NCBI GenBank assembly: GCA_965220745.1
Contig: CBDCQT010000012.1
Span: 868,741 to 932,740 of the forward strand
Reading direction: 5' to 3'
DNA: 64,000 nt
Origin: Alphaproteobacteria bacterium
GTDB lineage: Bacteria > Pseudomonadota > Alphaproteobacteria > UBA828
The translations under genes and the position numbers were made by a program. The notes beneath the pieces are model-generated. The model saw only the letters and a program-made list of their open reading frames with translations, searched no databases and was not told the origin of the DNA. Positions 1 to 12,674 of the stretch are shown here, piece by piece. The number at the start of each line of letters is the position of its first letter. The stretch's first letter is position 1.

Positions 1-79
1 GTTCGCTTCCGCCATTACTTGCCTGCGTTCAAAGTGTTGGATTACACGATTTGAGAGGATTGATTCCCGCGACCCGGCG

Positions 80-2845
80 TCAGTGGGCGTCGGCCCAGCT
101 TGTGCCGGTGCCGATGTCGACGGTGAGCGGCACGTCGAGATGGGCGGCGCTCTCCATCACCTGGGTGACGACGGCGCCGGTCTCCTCGACCTCCGCCTCC
201 GGCACCTCGAAGACCAGCTCGTCATGCACTTGCAGCAGCATCCGCGCGCCCAGGCCCTCGGCCTTCAGCGCGCCCTGTATGGGGATCATCGCGCGCTTGA
301 TGACGTCGGCGGCGGCTCCCTGTATCGGCGCGTTGATCGCCGCGCGCTCCGAGAAGGCCCGGCGCGCCGGGTTGCGGTCGTTGATCCCCGGCAGCCGGCA
401 CTTGCGCCCGAAAAGCGTGGTCACGAAGCCTTCCGCATGGGCCACCTTCTTGGTGCGTTCCATGTAGTCCTTGATGCCGGGATACTGCGTGAAATAGGCC
501 TCGATAAGCCGCTTCGCCTCGGCTTGGGGGACGCCGATCTGGCGCGCCAGTCCGAAGGCGCTGATGCCGTAGATGATCCCGAAGTTGATCGCCTTGGCCG
601 AGCGACGAACCATCGGGTCCATGCCCTCCAGCGGCAGGTCGAACACCTGGCTCGCGGTCAGCGCGTGGATGTCGGTCCCATCGCGAAACGCATCCTTGAG
701 CGCCTCGACGCCGGCGACGTGGGCGAGGATGCGAAGCTCGATCTGCGAATAGTCGGCGGAGAGCAGAACATGGCCTGGCGCCGCCACGAAGGCGCGGCGG
801 ATGCGCCGGCCTTCCTCGGTGCGGATCGGGATGTTCTGCAGGTTGGGATCGTTGGAGGAGAGCCGCCCCGTGTTGGCGGCGGTCATCGTGTAGGTGGTGT
901 GGACGCGCCGGGTTCGGGGATCGATGTGCTCGACCAGCGCATCCGTGTAGGTGCTCTTGAGCTTGGTGAGCTGGCGCCAGTCCAGCACCCGCGCCGGCAG
1001 GTCGTGGCCCTGGGCCGCCAGCTCTTCGAGGATGTCGGCGCCGGTGCTGTAGGCGCCTGACTTACCCTTGCGTCCGCCCTGGAGCCCCATCTCCTCGAAC
1101 AGCACCTCGCCTAGCTGCTTGGGCGAGCCGATGGTGAAGGGATGGCCGGCGAGCGCATGAATCTCGCTCTCCAGCGTCTCGATCCGGCCGGCGAAATCCT
1201 CGGACAGCGCGACGAGCTCGCCCTGGTCGACCAGGATGCCCGCTGATTCCATCTGCGCGAGCACCGCGATCAGCGGGCGCTCGATCCGCTCGAAGACCGT
1301 CGTGAGACGGTCGGCGACGAGGCGCGGCCGCAGCACCCTGTGCAGGCGCAACGCGAGGTCGGCGTGCGCCGCCGCGGTGTCCCGCAGCGCCTCGGGCGGA
1401 ACCGCGTCGACGGAGACCTTGTTGCGCCCGCTGCCGAGCACGTCGGCCAGCGCTGGCGCCGGGCGGTCGAGGTGGATGCGCGTGAGATCATCGAGCGCGT
1501 GGTTGTGCAGGCTGCCGTCGAGCACCCAGGACGCGAGCATCGGGTCGTCGATCGGGCCGACTGCGCCGTTTTTCCGTGTCAGCAGACGCAGGGTGCGCTT
1601 TATGTCGAGGCCTACCTTGAGGACGCCCGGATCGGCCAGCACGGGTGCGAGGATGGCGCGTGCCTCGTCAGGACTCAGTTGCGGGACCGCCTGCTCGGCC
1701 CCGATCAGATCCGGGCCCGCGTGACCCAAGGGCACGTAGCACGCCTCGCCGGGTGTGGTGCCAAGCGCGAGACCGACGAGGCCGGCACCCTCCGCCGATC
1801 CGTCCGCCACGAACGGCTCCAGCGCCAGCACGCCACTCGCGCGGGCCTTATCCGCCCAACCAGCGAGCGTGTCGGAATCGGTCACCAGCGGGTAGGAAGC
1901 GGGAAGGGGAGCCGTCTCCTCCGGTTCGGCCTCCTCCTCGGCCAACGTCGACTCTCCGTCATCGGGGTCGAGCCGGGCTGCGATCGATCGGAATCCGTTC
2001 TCCTGGAAGAAGGCGCGTAGCGCGCCTGGCTCGGGTTGCCGACGTGCGAGCGCCTCCAGCGGCATCGGCAGAGGCGCATCCCGACGCAACGTCACGAGAT
2101 CGCGCGAGATGCGTGCCATCTCGGCGTGCTCGATCAGGTTCTGGCGCCGCTTGGGCTGCTTGATCTCTTCTGCGCGCTCCAACAGTTGGTCGAGGTCGCC
2201 GTAATCGTTGATGAGCTGCGCTGCCGTCTTGACCCCGATGCCGGGGACGCCCGGCACGTTGTCGGTGCTGTCGCCGGCAAGCGCCTGCACGTCAATCACA
2301 CGTTCAGGTCCGACGCCGAAGCGTTCGTGCACCTGCTCGGGGCCGATCTCGCGATTCTTGAAGTAGTCGTACATGACCACGGAGTCGCCCTCGACGAGCT
2401 GCATCAGGTCCTTGTCGGCGGAGACGATGGTGACCCGAGCGCCCTCTGCCCGCGCGGCGTCGGCATAGGCCGCAATCAGGTCGTCCGCCTCGAAACCCTC
2501 GAGCTCGATCGACGCCAGGTTGAAGGCGGCGGCGGCCTCGCGCACGAGCGGGAACTGCGGAATCAGCTCTTCCGGTGTCTCGCCCCGGTTCGCCTTGTAG
2601 GGCTCATAGATTTCGTTGCGGAAGGTGAGCCGCGCGGTGTCGAAGATCACCGCAGCGTGGTCCGCATCGGTCTCGCGCAGAATCTTCCAGAGCATGTTGG
2701 AGAAGCCGAGCACCGCATTCACCGGCGTGCCGTCGGAGCGGGTCAGCGGCGGCAACGCGTGGAACGCGCGAAAGATGAAGCCCGAGCCGTCGATCAGGTA
2801 AAGGTGGCGAAGTTCGTTAGCCTCGGCGGGGGCGACATCGTTCAC
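80..2845 (-). CDS. polA: DNA polymerase I
   Basis: 921 aa; N-terminal 5'-3' exonuclease (LIDGSGFIFRAFHA, GDSTDNVPGV); polymerase motifs A (SADYSQIELR), B (RRSAKAINFGIIYG) and C (LQVHDELVFE). Confidence 0.98.
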   Translation of the reverse strand: MNDVAPAEANELRHLYLIDGSGFIFRAFHALPPLTRSDGTPVNAVLGFSNMLWKILRETDADHAAVIFDTARLTFRNEIYEPYKANRGETPEELIPQFPLVREAAAAFNLASIELEGFEADDLIAAYADAARAEGARVTIVSADKDLMQLVEGDSVVMYDYFKNREIGPEQVHERFGVGPERVIDVQALAGDSTDNVPGVPGIGVKTAAQLINDYGDLDQLLERAEEIKQPKRRQNLIEHAEMARISRDLVTLRRDAPLPMPLEALARRQPEPGALRAFFQENGFRSIAARLDPDDGESTLAEEEAEPEETAPLPASYPLVTDSDTLAGWADKARASGVLALEPFVADGSAEGAGLVGLALGTTPGEACYVPLGHAGPDLIGAEQAVPQLSPDEARAILAPVLADPGVLKVGLDIKRTLRLLTRKNGAVGPIDDPMLASWVLDGSLHNHALDDLTRIHLDRPAPALADVLGSGRNKVSVDAVPPEALRDTAAAHADLALRLHRVLRPRLVADRLTTVFERIERPLIAVLAQMESAGILVDQGELVALSEDFAGRIETLESEIHALAGHPFTIGSPKQLGEVLFEEMGLQGGRKGKSGAYSTGADILEELAAQGHDLPARVLDWRQLTKLKSTYTDALVEHIDPRTRRVHTTYTMTAANTGRLSSNDPNLQNIPIRTEEGRRIRRAFVAAPGHVLLSADYSQIELRILAHVAGVEALKDAFRDGTDIHALTASQVFDLPLEGMDPMVRRSAKAINFGIIYGISAFGLARQIGVPQAEAKRLIEAYFTQYPGIKDYMERTKKVAHAEGFVTTLFGRKCRLPGINDRNPARRAFSERAAINAPIQGAAADVIKRAMIPIQGALKAEGLGARMLLQVHDELVFEVPEAEVEETGAVVTQVMESAAHLDVPLTVDIGTGTSWADAH

Positions 2846-2982
2846 GGTCGGTGCTCCGTCTCCTGGATGGTCGCGGGGTGCTCTTGCGGTGGGCGGTGCG
2901 CGCCACTATGCCACGCGGGCCGGCCCCCGCACAGCAAGCCGGCGGCCTCCCGTCACCAACCGCTGGCAATCGAGCCCCGCCC

Positions 2983-4152
2983 GTGACCGCCCCGAGTAAC
3001 CCCGTCCCTTACGCGGCTCCGCGCATCTCCGCCTTCTACGCGGCCTATTTCCTGGTGGCCGGCGTGGCGCTGCCGTTCTGGCCGCTCTTCCTGCAGGCGC
3101 GTGGGCTTTCGGTGACCGAGATCGGGCTGATGCTGGGGCTCACGCTGATGCTGCGTGCCGCCGCCGGCCCCTTTATCGGCCGATTTGCCGACCGCCGCGA
3201 CAGCACGCGTGGGCCGCTCGTCGCCTGCGCGCTGACAGTGTTGCTCGTCGCCGTCGCCTTCTACTGGACCTGGGGCTTCTGGCCGATCTTCATCGTCAGC
3301 ACCGTCTTTACCCTGGTCTATGCCGGCGTGCTGCCGTTGGGGGAGACCATCGCGCTCCGCACCGTCTCCGCCGAGTCGGGCTACGGGCGCGTGCGGCTCT
3401 GGGGTTCGGTCTCTTACCTTGTTGCGGCTGCCGTAGGCGGCGCGGTGCTGGAGGTCGCGGAGGTGCCGTCCGCCGAGATCATCCTCTCCATGATCCTCGC
3501 GACCATCGTGGTGATGATTGCCGGCTCGCTTGCGATGCCCGACCGTCGGGGCGGCAGCGCGCCGCCAGCGGCGCCGATCCTGAGTGTGCTGAGGGAGCGG
3601 CGTTTCCGCCTGATGGTGTACGCCACCACCGCGATCCACGGCGCGCACGCGGTGTTCTACGGCTTCTCGACCCTCCACTGGCTCGCGTCCGGGATCTCGG
3701 AGTGGGTGATCGGACTCTTGTGGGCGGGTGGGGTCGTCGCCGAGGTCATCCTCTTCGCATGGAACGCGCCGCTCGTCCGCCGCATCGGGCCAGTCGGGCT
3801 CCTGGGCGCGGGCGCGGTGGCCGGAGTCGTGCGCTGGGCCGTACTGGCGTTGACGACGGAGGTCTGGGCGCTGGCGCTTGCCCAGTGCCTGCACGCGTTC
3901 ACCTTCGGCGCGATGCACCTGGGCGCGATGGTCTTCATCGCTCGCACCGTGCCCGCCGGCTCGGCAAATACGGCGCAGGCGCTCTTTGCCGCGACGACCA
4001 ACGGACTGGGCTTGGGCGCTGGGCTCCTGCTCGCAGGCCTGCTCTACGCCGCCTGGGGCGCCAATGCTTACTGGGTGTGCGCCGCGGTCTCCGGCCTGGG
4101 CTTCATCGCGGTACTGGCGATGCGCCGCCCCGCTCGGGAGTCGGCAGCCTAG
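2983..4152 (+). CDS. MFS transporter (HcaT/MFS_1-like)
   Basis: About 12 hydrophobic segments; GRFADRR and YGRVRLWGS motifs; start placed at GTG 2983 because the longer ORF prefix looks non-coding. Confidence 0.85.
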   Translation: MTAPSNPVPYAAPRISAFYAAYFLVAGVALPFWPLFLQARGLSVTEIGLMLGLTLMLRAAAGPFIGRFADRRDSTRGPLVACALTVLLVAVAFYWTWGFWPIFIVSTVFTLVYAGVLPLGETIALRTVSAESGYGRVRLWGSVSYLVAAAVGGAVLEVAEVPSAEIILSMILATIVVMIAGSLAMPDRRGGSAPPAAPILSVLRERRFRLMVYATTAIHGAHAVFYGFSTLHWLASGISEWVIGLLWAGGVVAEVILFAWNAPLVRRIGPVGLLGAGAVAGVVRWAVLALTTEVWALALAQCLHAFTFGAMHLGAMVFIARTVPAGSANTAQALFAATTNGLGLGAGLLLAGLLYAAWGANAYWVCAAVSGLGFIAVLAMRRPARESAA

Positions 4153-4334
4153 TGGCCGCCGCTGCCGACTGCGCTCTCTTTCAAGACAAAGCGGCGATCG
4201 CAGTAGGGGCAGTCGATGGCCCCGTTGGATTCGAGATTGAGGAACACGCGCGGATGGCCGAGCGCGCCGCCGCCGCCATTGCATGAGACGACCGTGTCTT
4301 CGACCTCGATGATCTCGGGCGGATCGATGGTCAC
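4149..4334 (-). CDS. zinc-finger domain protein (zf-CHCC, NDUFS6-like)
   Basis: VSCNGGGGALGHPRVFL...CPYCDRRF, the typical C-H-C-C pattern. Confidence 0.9.
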   Translation of the reverse strand: MTIDPPEIIEVEDTVVSCNGGGGALGHPRVFLNLESNGAIDCPYCDRRFVLKESAVGSGGH

Positions 4335-4522
4335 GGGCTATCCCTCGTCAATTCCTGCTGCTCCTGGCCGCCATTTGACCGAAGCGGCGGGGCGATGATA
4401 CCCATTGCCCGCCGCCATTCAACCGGGCGCCGCCGCCCAACCCGGCGCCATCCAAGCCACCACGAGCCGAGCCCGGAGGACACCGTCCTGCATCCGACAC
4501 ACGCCCACGACGAGTCCGCGCC

Positions 4523-5419
4523 ATGAGTGAGGCGATCCCCTACGTCCGGGATCTCGACTTCGCCTACGGCAAGGTGGCGCAGGTCTCGCCGCTGATCCGC
4601 CGGGTCATCGCGCACAACCCGAGCGTCTTCACCTTCCACGGCACCGGCACCTACATCGTGGGGCGCGGCAACGTGGCGATCATCGATGCCGGCCCTGACC
4701 TCGCCGACCATGTCGATGCCGTGCTCGCCGCCGTGCGCGGCGAGACCGTGACGCATCTCGTCGTGACTCACACCCACATCGATCATTCGCCGGCGACACG
4801 CCACATCAAGGCCGCGACCGGGGCGCCGAGCTACGGCTTTGGCCCGCACGGGGGCGGGGAGGGGCCAGCGGTCGAAGAGGGTGCGGACCGTGACTTCGTG
4901 CCGGATCACCGGGTCGAGGACGGTGTGTCGATCGAAGGCGATGGCTGGACCTTGGAGGCCGTTCACACGCCGGGCCACACATCGAACCATTTGTGCTTCA
5001 CGTTGGCTGAGGAGCAGGCGCTCTTCTCGGGCGATCACGTGATGGGGTGGTCGACCACGGTGGTCTCGCCGCCGGATGGCGACATGGGCGCCTACATGGC
5101 CTCGCTGGAGAAGCTCAAGGCGCGTGACGAGGCGACCTACTGGCCCACGCACGGGCCGCCAATCCCGAAGCCGCAGCGTTTCGTCGGCAAGCTGCTCGCC
5201 CACCGGCGCCAGCGGGAGGCGGAGATTCTGTCCGCTGTCGCGGACGGCGCGGCGACCATTCCAGAGATTGTGGCCCTGCGCTACCGGGGGCTCGACCCGC
5301 GCCTGCGTCCCGCTGCTGCCCGTACCGTGCTCGCCCATTTGATCCATCTGGTCGAGAGCGGGCGCGTCGCTTGCCCTGGCGAGCCGGATGAGGACGCGCG
5401 CTACCGTGCAGTCGTTTAG
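4523..5419 (+). CDS. MBL-fold metallo-hydrolase (LACTB2-like)
   Basis: THTHIDH, TPGHTSNH and FSGDH motifs; C-terminal winged helix. Confidence 0.9.
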   Translation: MSEAIPYVRDLDFAYGKVAQVSPLIRRVIAHNPSVFTFHGTGTYIVGRGNVAIIDAGPDLADHVDAVLAAVRGETVTHLVVTHTHIDHSPATRHIKAATGAPSYGFGPHGGGEGPAVEEGADRDFVPDHRVEDGVSIEGDGWTLEAVHTPGHTSNHLCFTLAEEQALFSGDHVMGWSTTVVSPPDGDMGAYMASLEKLKARDEATYWPTHGPPIPKPQRFVGKLLAHRRQREAEILSAVADGAATIPEIVALRYRGLDPRLRPAAARTVLAHLIHLVESGRVACPGEPDEDARYRAVV

Positions 5420-5434
5420 CGGAAAGACTGTTCT

Positions 5435-6226
5435 CTAGCGGGCACGCTTCTTAGGCGGCGAATCGCGGAACTCCTTGACCTGGGCGAGGGCGGCGCCCTG
5501 AAGCAGCTTCACATCCTGGCCACAGACGACCAGGTCGTAGCCCCGCTCGAAGGTCCACTTGACTGACTTGCCGGGGCGCGTGACCGTTGCGAGCAGTTTG
5601 CCCGTCGCCCGCATCTTGCGCTCGGCCTTCTGGATCAGCTGGATCACTTTCGGCTCCTTCATGTCCAGCATGTGGCCGATGCTCGCCGAGATGTCGCTCG
5701 GCCCCAGGAACAGCATGTCGACGCCATCGACGGCCGCGATTTCCTCGATGTTGTCGATCGCCTCCTCGGTCTCGATCTGGCAGGCGACCAGCAGCTCCTG
5801 CGGCATTGCCGCGCGATAATCCGCGATCCGCGAGCCCCAGCCGGAGCAGCGCGCGGCGTGCGGTGCCACCCCGCGCACACCTTCCGTCGGAAAGCGGCAA
5901 GCGGCGACCGCCGCCTCGGCCTCAGCGGCGTTCTGCACGTATGGCACTACGACGCCCATCACGCCGATGTCGAGGGCACGCTTGATGTAAACCATGTCGT
6001 TCCACGGCACGCGCATCATCGGGGTCGCGCCGGATGCGGCCGCCGCCTGCATCAGGCTGATGGCGTTGAGGAGGTCGCCCGGCCCGTGCTCGTGATCCAT
6101 GATGACCGTGTCGTAGCCGGCGTTGGCGACGACTTCGGCGGCAATGGGGCTGCCCATCGCGAGCCAGGCGCCCAATGCGGGCTCGCCCGCGAGCATCTTT
6201 CTCTTACAGCGGTTCTCGACGGTCAT
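5435..6226 (-). CDS. HpcH/HpaI-family class II aldolase
   Basis: DHEHG, ALDIG, QIET and FLGPSD motifs. Confidence 0.9.
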   Translation of the reverse strand: MTVENRCKRKMLAGEPALGAWLAMGSPIAAEVVANAGYDTVIMDHEHGPGDLLNAISLMQAAAASGATPMMRVPWNDMVYIKRALDIGVMGVVVPYVQNAAEAEAAVAACRFPTEGVRGVAPHAARCSGWGSRIADYRAAMPQELLVACQIETEEAIDNIEEIAAVDGVDMLFLGPSDISASIGHMLDMKEPKVIQLIQKAERKMRATGKLLATVTRPGKSVKWTFERGYDLVVCGQDVKLLQGAALAQVKEFRDSPPKKRAR

Positions 6227-6345
6227 GCGCGGCGCCTCCCAGTGGAGTATTGGGGATCAGGAGAAACCCATCGGCCCAGGGCGTGTGGGCAATGGGCGCG
6301 GCCGGTTCTACCACGGCCGGCGCGAGCGGGACAGGCGGCGCAGGA

Positions 6346-8796
6346 CTAAGAAACGGGGGGAGGGACCGGTGTCTCGTGGCCGCCGAGCGGAGGCAGGATA
6401 CTCACGTCTGGGTCGTCATCCGAGGCGGCGAGTTTGCCAAGAGCCTCGTCGTCCTCGTCGGTCCATTCGATGGGCACGAGCGGCCCGGTCAGCGCGTGCT
6501 TCAGGATGTCATCCATCGAATCGACTGAGACGATGGTGAGGTCCTTCTTCACGTTGTCCGGAATGTCGTCGAGATCCTTCTCGTTCTCCTGCGGAATCAG
6601 GACCGTCGTAAGCCCGCCCCGCAGGGCGGCCAGCATCTTCTCCTTGAGGCCGCCGATCGGCAGTACGCGTCCGCGCAGCGTGATCTCGCCCGTCATTGCG
6701 ATCGACTTCTTGACCGGGACGCCCGTCAGCACCGAGACAATGGAAGTCACCATGGCGACGCCGGCAGACGGGCCGTCCTTGGGCGTCGCACCCTCCGGCA
6801 CGTGCACGTGAATATCGCGTTTGCTCAGGATCGTCGGCTTGATGCCGAACTCGACCGCGCGCGACTTCACGTAGCTTTCCGCCGCCTGAACCGATTCACG
6901 CATCACGTCGCCGAGCTTGCCGGTAGAAATCACCCGGCCCTTGCCCGGCAGCGTCACCGACTCGATGGAGAGCAGCTCGCCGCCGACTTCGGTCCAGGCA
7001 AGACCGGTCGTGACGCCCACCATGTCCTCGTGCTCGGCCTCGCCGTAGCGGTACTTGCGGATGCCGGCATACTTCTTGAGATTGCGCCGGGTGACACGGA
7101 CCTTTTCCCGCCCCTCCGCGACAATTTCCCGAGTCGCCTTGCGGGCCAGGTTCGCGAGTTCCCGCTCCAGATTTCGCACGCCCGCCTCGCGGGTGTAGTA
7201 GCGGATCAGGTCGAGCAGAGCCTCAGCCGAGATCGACCACTCGCCCTTCTTGAGCGCATGCGCCTTGGCCTGCTTCGGGATCAGGTGGCGCTTGGCGATC
7301 TGGACCTTTTCGTCCTCGGTGTAGCCGGGAATGCGAATGGTCTCCATCCGGTCGAGCAGGGCCGGCGCCATCCTGAGTGTGTTGGCCGTGGTGATGAACA
7401 TCACGTCGGAGAGGTCGTAGTCGACCTCCAGATAGTGATCGTTGAACGTGTTGTTCTGCTCGGGGTCCAGCACCTCCAGCAGCGCGGAGGCCGGGTCGCC
7501 CCGGAAGTCGGCGCCCATCTTGTCGACCTCGTCGAGGAGGAAGAGCGGGTTGGACGACTTCGCCTTCTTCATCGACTGGATGATCTTGCCCGGCAGCGAG
7601 CCGATGTAGGTGCGGCGATGGCCGCGAATCTCGGCTTCGTCGCGCACGCCACCGAGCGAGAAGCGCACGAAGTTGCGTCCCGTCGCGCGCGCCACCGACT
7701 TGCCGAGAGAAGTCTTGCCGACTCCGGGCGGGCCAACGAGACAGAGGATCGGCCCCTTCATCTTCCGCGCCCGCTGCTGGACCGCGAGATACTCCAGGAT
7801 CCGCTCCTTGACCTTCTCCAACCCGTAGTGGTCGTCGTTGAGAATCTTCTCGGCGTTCTTGATGTCCTTCTTGATCCGGGTGCGCTTCTTCCACGGGATC
7901 GAGAGAATCCAATCGAGGTAGTTGCGGACCACCGTGGCCTCGGCCGACATCGGGCTCATCGAGCGGAGCTTCTTGACTTCCGCCAGCGCCTTTTCCCGTG
8001 CCTCCTTGGAGAGCTTGGTGGCCTTGATCCGTGCCTCGAACTCGGCGGCCTCGTCGCGCCCGTCCTCGCCCTCGCCCAGTTCCTTCTGGATCGCCTTCAT
8101 CTGCTCGTTCAGGTAGTACTCGCGCTGCGTCTTCTCCATCTGACGCTTGACGCGCGAGCGGATGCGCTTCTCCACCTGGAGCACCCCGATCTCGCCTTCC
8201 ATCAGCGAGATCACGCGCTCCAGCCGGCCGCCGACCGAACCGATCTCCAGTAGTTCCTGCTTCTCATCCAGCTTGATCGAGAGGTGCGAGGCGATCGTGT
8301 CCGCGAGCTTGCTCGGCTCCTCGATCTGGTTCACCGAGACCAGAACCTCCGGCGGCACCTTCTTGTTGAGCTTCACATATTGCTCGAACTGGCTCGCCAC
8401 CGAGCGGCTGAGCGCCTCGAGCTCGCCGGCATCGCCCTCGTCTTCCTCCATCTTTTCGGCTCGCGCTTCGAAGAACGCCGGATTCTCGCGGAACTCGACG
8501 ATCCTCGCGCGAGCGCCGCCCTCCACCAGCACCTTGACCGTGCCGTCCGGCAGCTTGAGGAGTTGAAGCACCGAGCCGACTACGCCGACGGAATGGATGT
8601 CCTTCGGCGCGGGGTCGTCCTGGGAAGCGTTTTTCTGCGCAACGAGAAGGATTTGCTTGTCGTCCTTCATCACGGTTTCGAGTGCCGCGACCGACTTTTC
8701 GCGGCCGACGAACAGCGGCACGATCATGTGCGGAAAGACGACGATGTCCCTAAGCGGCAGGACCGGGTAGCTCGGAAGAGACGAAACGTCCAGCAT
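6346..8796 (-). CDS. lon: ATP-dependent protease La
   Basis: [11 protein letters not shown]-domain; GPPGVGKTS Walker A; KDGPSAG catalytic Ser; downstream of clpX. Confidence 0.98.
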   Translation of the reverse strand: MLDVSSLPSYPVLPLRDIVVFPHMIVPLFVGREKSVAALETVMKDDKQILLVAQKNASQDDPAPKDIHSVGVVGSVLQLLKLPDGTVKVLVEGGARARIVEFRENPAFFEARAEKMEEDEGDAGELEALSRSVASQFEQYVKLNKKVPPEVLVSVNQIEEPSKLADTIASHLSIKLDEKQELLEIGSVGGRLERVISLMEGEIGVLQVEKRIRSRVKRQMEKTQREYYLNEQMKAIQKELGEGEDGRDEAAEFEARIKATKLSKEAREKALAEVKKLRSMSPMSAEATVVRNYLDWILSIPWKKRTRIKKDIKNAEKILNDDHYGLEKVKERILEYLAVQQRARKMKGPILCLVGPPGVGKTSLGKSVARATGRNFVRFSLGGVRDEAEIRGHRRTYIGSLPGKIIQSMKKAKSSNPLFLLDEVDKMGADFRGDPASALLEVLDPEQNNTFNDHYLEVDYDLSDVMFITTANTLRMAPALLDRMETIRIPGYTEDEKVQIAKRHLIPKQAKAHALKKGEWSISAEALLDLIRYYTREAGVRNLERELANLARKATREIVAEGREKVRVTRRNLKKYAGIRKYRYGEAEHEDMVGVTTGLAWTEVGGELLSIESVTLPGKGRVISTGKLGDVMRESVQAAESYVKSRAVEFGIKPTILSKRDIHVHVPEGATPKDGPSAGVAMVTSIVSVLTGVPVKKSIAMTGEITLRGRVLPIGGLKEKMLAALRGGLTTVLIPQENEKDLDDIPDNVKKDLTIVSVDSMDDILKHALTGPLVPIEWTDEDDEALGKLAASDDDPDVSILPPLGGHETPVPPPVS

Positions 8797-8898
8797 TGTT
8801 CCTCGTGCGCCTTGCGATTGCGCGTCAGAGCGGCAGCCGATACCGAGGCGCGCCCGCAGGTAAGGTAAGTACGGCGGCGCAGCCGTTCAAGCGGTCAC

Positions 8899-10167
<1,269 letters not shown>

Positions 10168-10396
10168 GTCCGCTCCGTGCCGTCGCTTGCGGAGACGCGC
10201 CCGTCTAAACCGCCGTTAAGCTCGCGACGCTCTTCTCCAGACAACCAGAACTCCGTGAGGTTGGCAAACACCCCGGCCCGTGTCTAGGCCGAACATTCGG
10301 TGATTTCGAGACCCAATATCTAGTGCCTCCCGGCCTACGTTTTCAGGTTAGATGCACCACGCGGCACACTTCTCCAGCCACCTGCGGCCTCTAGCT

Positions 10397-11050
10397 TCAC
10401 TTCTTGGTGCCGCCCTTGGCTCCCGAGTCGTCCGGGGTTTCCGGCCGCCGCGCCACCACATCGTCCACGATACCGAAGTCCTTGGCTTCGTTGGGAGTCA
10501 TGAACTTGTCACGTTCCAGGTTTTCTTCGATGATCGCAAGGTCCTGACCGGTATGGCTCACGTAAATTTCATTGAGACGCTGGCGCAGCAACAAGATTTC
10601 CTTGGCGTGGATCTCGATGTCGGTGGCCTGCCCCTGGAAGCCGCCGGACGGCTGGTGCAGCATGATCCGAGCATTGGGTAAAGCGAAGCGCTGCCCTTCC
10701 GCGCCGGCCGCCAGCAGGAGCGAACCCATCGAGGCCGCCTGGCCGATGCAAAGCGTGGCCACCGCCGGGCGCACATACTGCATCGTGTCGTAAATCGCGA
10801 GACCCGATGTCACCAGGCCACCGGGGCTGTTGATGTAGACCGAGATGTCCTTGGTCGGGTTCTCCGATTCCAGGAACAAGAGCTGCGCGGTGATCAGGCT
10901 CGCGACCTCATCGCCGATGCCGCCGGTGAGGAAAATGATTCGCTCCTTGAGCAGCCGCGAATAGATGTCGTAGGCACGCTCGCCCCGGTTGGTCTGCTCC
11001 ACGACCATTGGCACCAGGGTGTTGGCGTAGGTCTCGACGATATCCGCCAT
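10397..11050 (-). CDS. clpP: Clp protease proteolytic subunit ClpP
   Basis: [24 protein letters not shown] and MLHQP motifs. Confidence 0.98.
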   Translation of the reverse strand: MADIVETYANTLVPMVVEQTNRGERAYDIYSRLLKERIIFLTGGIGDEVASLITAQLLFLESENPTKDISVYINSPGGLVTSGLAIYDTMQYVRPAVATLCIGQAASMGSLLLAAGAEGQRFALPNARIMLHQPSGGFQGQATDIEIHAKEILLLRQRLNEIYVSHTGQDLAIIEENLERDKFMTPNEAKDFGIVDDVVARRPETPDDSGAKGGTKK

Positions 11051-11077
11051 GACGCTCTCCTTATTCAGCGGGGCGGA

Positions 11078-12514
11078 TCAGCCCGACTCGCTCGACGCAG
11101 CGCTCTCGTCCTCGTCGGTTGCCGCGCTCTCTTCCTCGTCGGTCTGCTCGGTTCCAGTCGCCGACGACTTCTCGTCCTCGTCGGGATCGCGCATCAGCGT
11201 CTCCACGTCGACGACCTGTTCCGAGACCGCGGCGAGCTCACTGAGGAAGGTAATGACCTTGTCCTCGAATACCGTGGGACGGAAGCGCTCCAGTTGGTCT
11301 GGCTGGCTCCGGTAGAATTCGAGGAGGCGCTGAGGCTCCGGATGACCGCGCGCGCTCATCATGGCCGCGCGGAGCAGATCCTCCTGCTCGACCGTAATGT
11401 CGTTGCTCCCCCCGATCTCCGCGATCAGGAGGCCGAGGCGCACGCGCCGCTCGGCGATCTGCCGAAACTCTTCCCGCGCCTCGTCTTCCGGTTGATCGAG
11501 GATCGTGGCGATCTCAGCATCGGCGCGCTTCGCGTCGTTCTCGATTTGCTGCCAGACGGCATCGAACTCGCTCTCGACCATGCCGGGAGGCACGTCGAAC
11601 TTGTAGCGCTCATCGAGGACATCAAGCAGCGAGCGCTTGAGGCGAGCCTGGGAGACCTGCTCATACTCCGACTGGATCTGCTCCCGTACCACGCCGCGCA
11701 GTGCGTCCAGGTTTTCGGCACCTCGGCGTTCGGCGAAAGCGTCGTCGACCGTCGCGGGCAGCCGCTCCTGCACCTCCTTGACTGTGATCTTGAAGATGGT
11801 GGCCTCCGCCGCTGCTGCGGGCTCATCCTGCTCTCCCGCCTCCTGTTCGGGTGCGGGCGGCGTCATCGTCACTTCCCGTTCCTGGCCTGCCTCAGCGCCC
11901 ACGAGCTGCTCGGTCATTTCGGGCAAGAGCGCTTCGGCATCGAGCTCCAGCGGCACGTCCGTGCCGCTCCGCTCAGGCGCCGGTTCGCCATCGACCTCGA
12001 CAGCGATGTCGACCAGAAGCTGATCGCCTTCCTGTGCCGCTCTCGGCGTCTCGACCGGCTCGAACCGCTTTTCGGCCTCTGCGAGTCGGCCAAGCGCGTC
12101 CTCCACCGATTCGTCGGTCACTTCGGCCTTGAGTCGGGTGACGGTGAGGTCGGAGAAGTCGCCGAGCTCGATATTCGGCAAGACCTCCATTCCCATGGTG
12201 AACTCGAGATCCTTGCCCTCGTCGTAGGCCGTGATCTCGATCTCGGGCTGCATGGCCGGGCGCAGCTCGCGTTCCTCCAAGACCTCGCGCGAGCGCGTCT
12301 CGATGGTCTGTTGCAGCACCTCGCCGAGCACACGCGGCTGGTAATGGCGGCGCACGATTGAGAGCGGCACCTTGCCGCGACGAAAGCCCTTCATGGTTAT
12401 GGTCTTGCGCAGCTCGTCGAGCCGCCCCTCGACATCGGCTTCGAGATCGGCCGCCGGCACCGTCACCTTGAGCTCACGTTTCAGCCCCTCGGAGAGGGTT
12501 TCCGTTACTTGCAT
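11078..12514 (-). CDS. tig: trigger factor
   Basis: Starts MQVTETLSEGLKREL; GFRRGKVP ribosome-binding motif; upstream of clpP. Confidence 0.95.
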   Translation of the reverse strand: MQVTETLSEGLKRELKVTVPAADLEADVEGRLDELRKTITMKGFRRGKVPLSIVRRHYQPRVLGEVLQQTIETRSREVLEERELRPAMQPEIEITAYDEGKDLEFTMGMEVLPNIELGDFSDLTVTRLKAEVTDESVEDALGRLAEAEKRFEPVETPRAAQEGDQLLVDIAVEVDGEPAPERSGTDVPLELDAEALLPEMTEQLVGAEAGQEREVTMTPPAPEQEAGEQDEPAAAAEATIFKITVKEVQERLPATVDDAFAERRGAENLDALRGVVREQIQSEYEQVSQARLKRSLLDVLDERYKFDVPPGMVESEFDAVWQQIENDAKRADAEIATILDQPEDEAREEFRQIAERRVRLGLLIAEIGGSNDITVEQEDLLRAAMMSARGHPEPQRLLEFYRSQPDQLERFRPTVFEDKVITFLSELAAVSEQVVDVETLMRDPDEDEKSSATGTEQTDEEESAATDEDESAASSESG

Positions 12515-12589
12515 AATCCTGCGCTCATGTCGTGCTCCGCGTGGCCGGCGGGCGCCCGATCGGGCCTCGGGCGCGAGCGGCATCGGCGA

Positions 12590-12674
12590 TGGTGCGGGCG
12601 AAGGGATTCGAACCCCCACGGCCTGAGCCACGTGGTCCTAAACCACGCGCGTCTACCAATTCCGCCACGCCCGC
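12590..12674 (-). tRNA. tRNA-Leu(TAG)
   Basis: GCGGGCGTGGCGGAATTGGTAGACGC...anticodon stem-loop CGTGG-TTTAGGA-CCACG...GGTTCGAATCCC...GCACCA; long variable arm. Confidence 0.96.
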
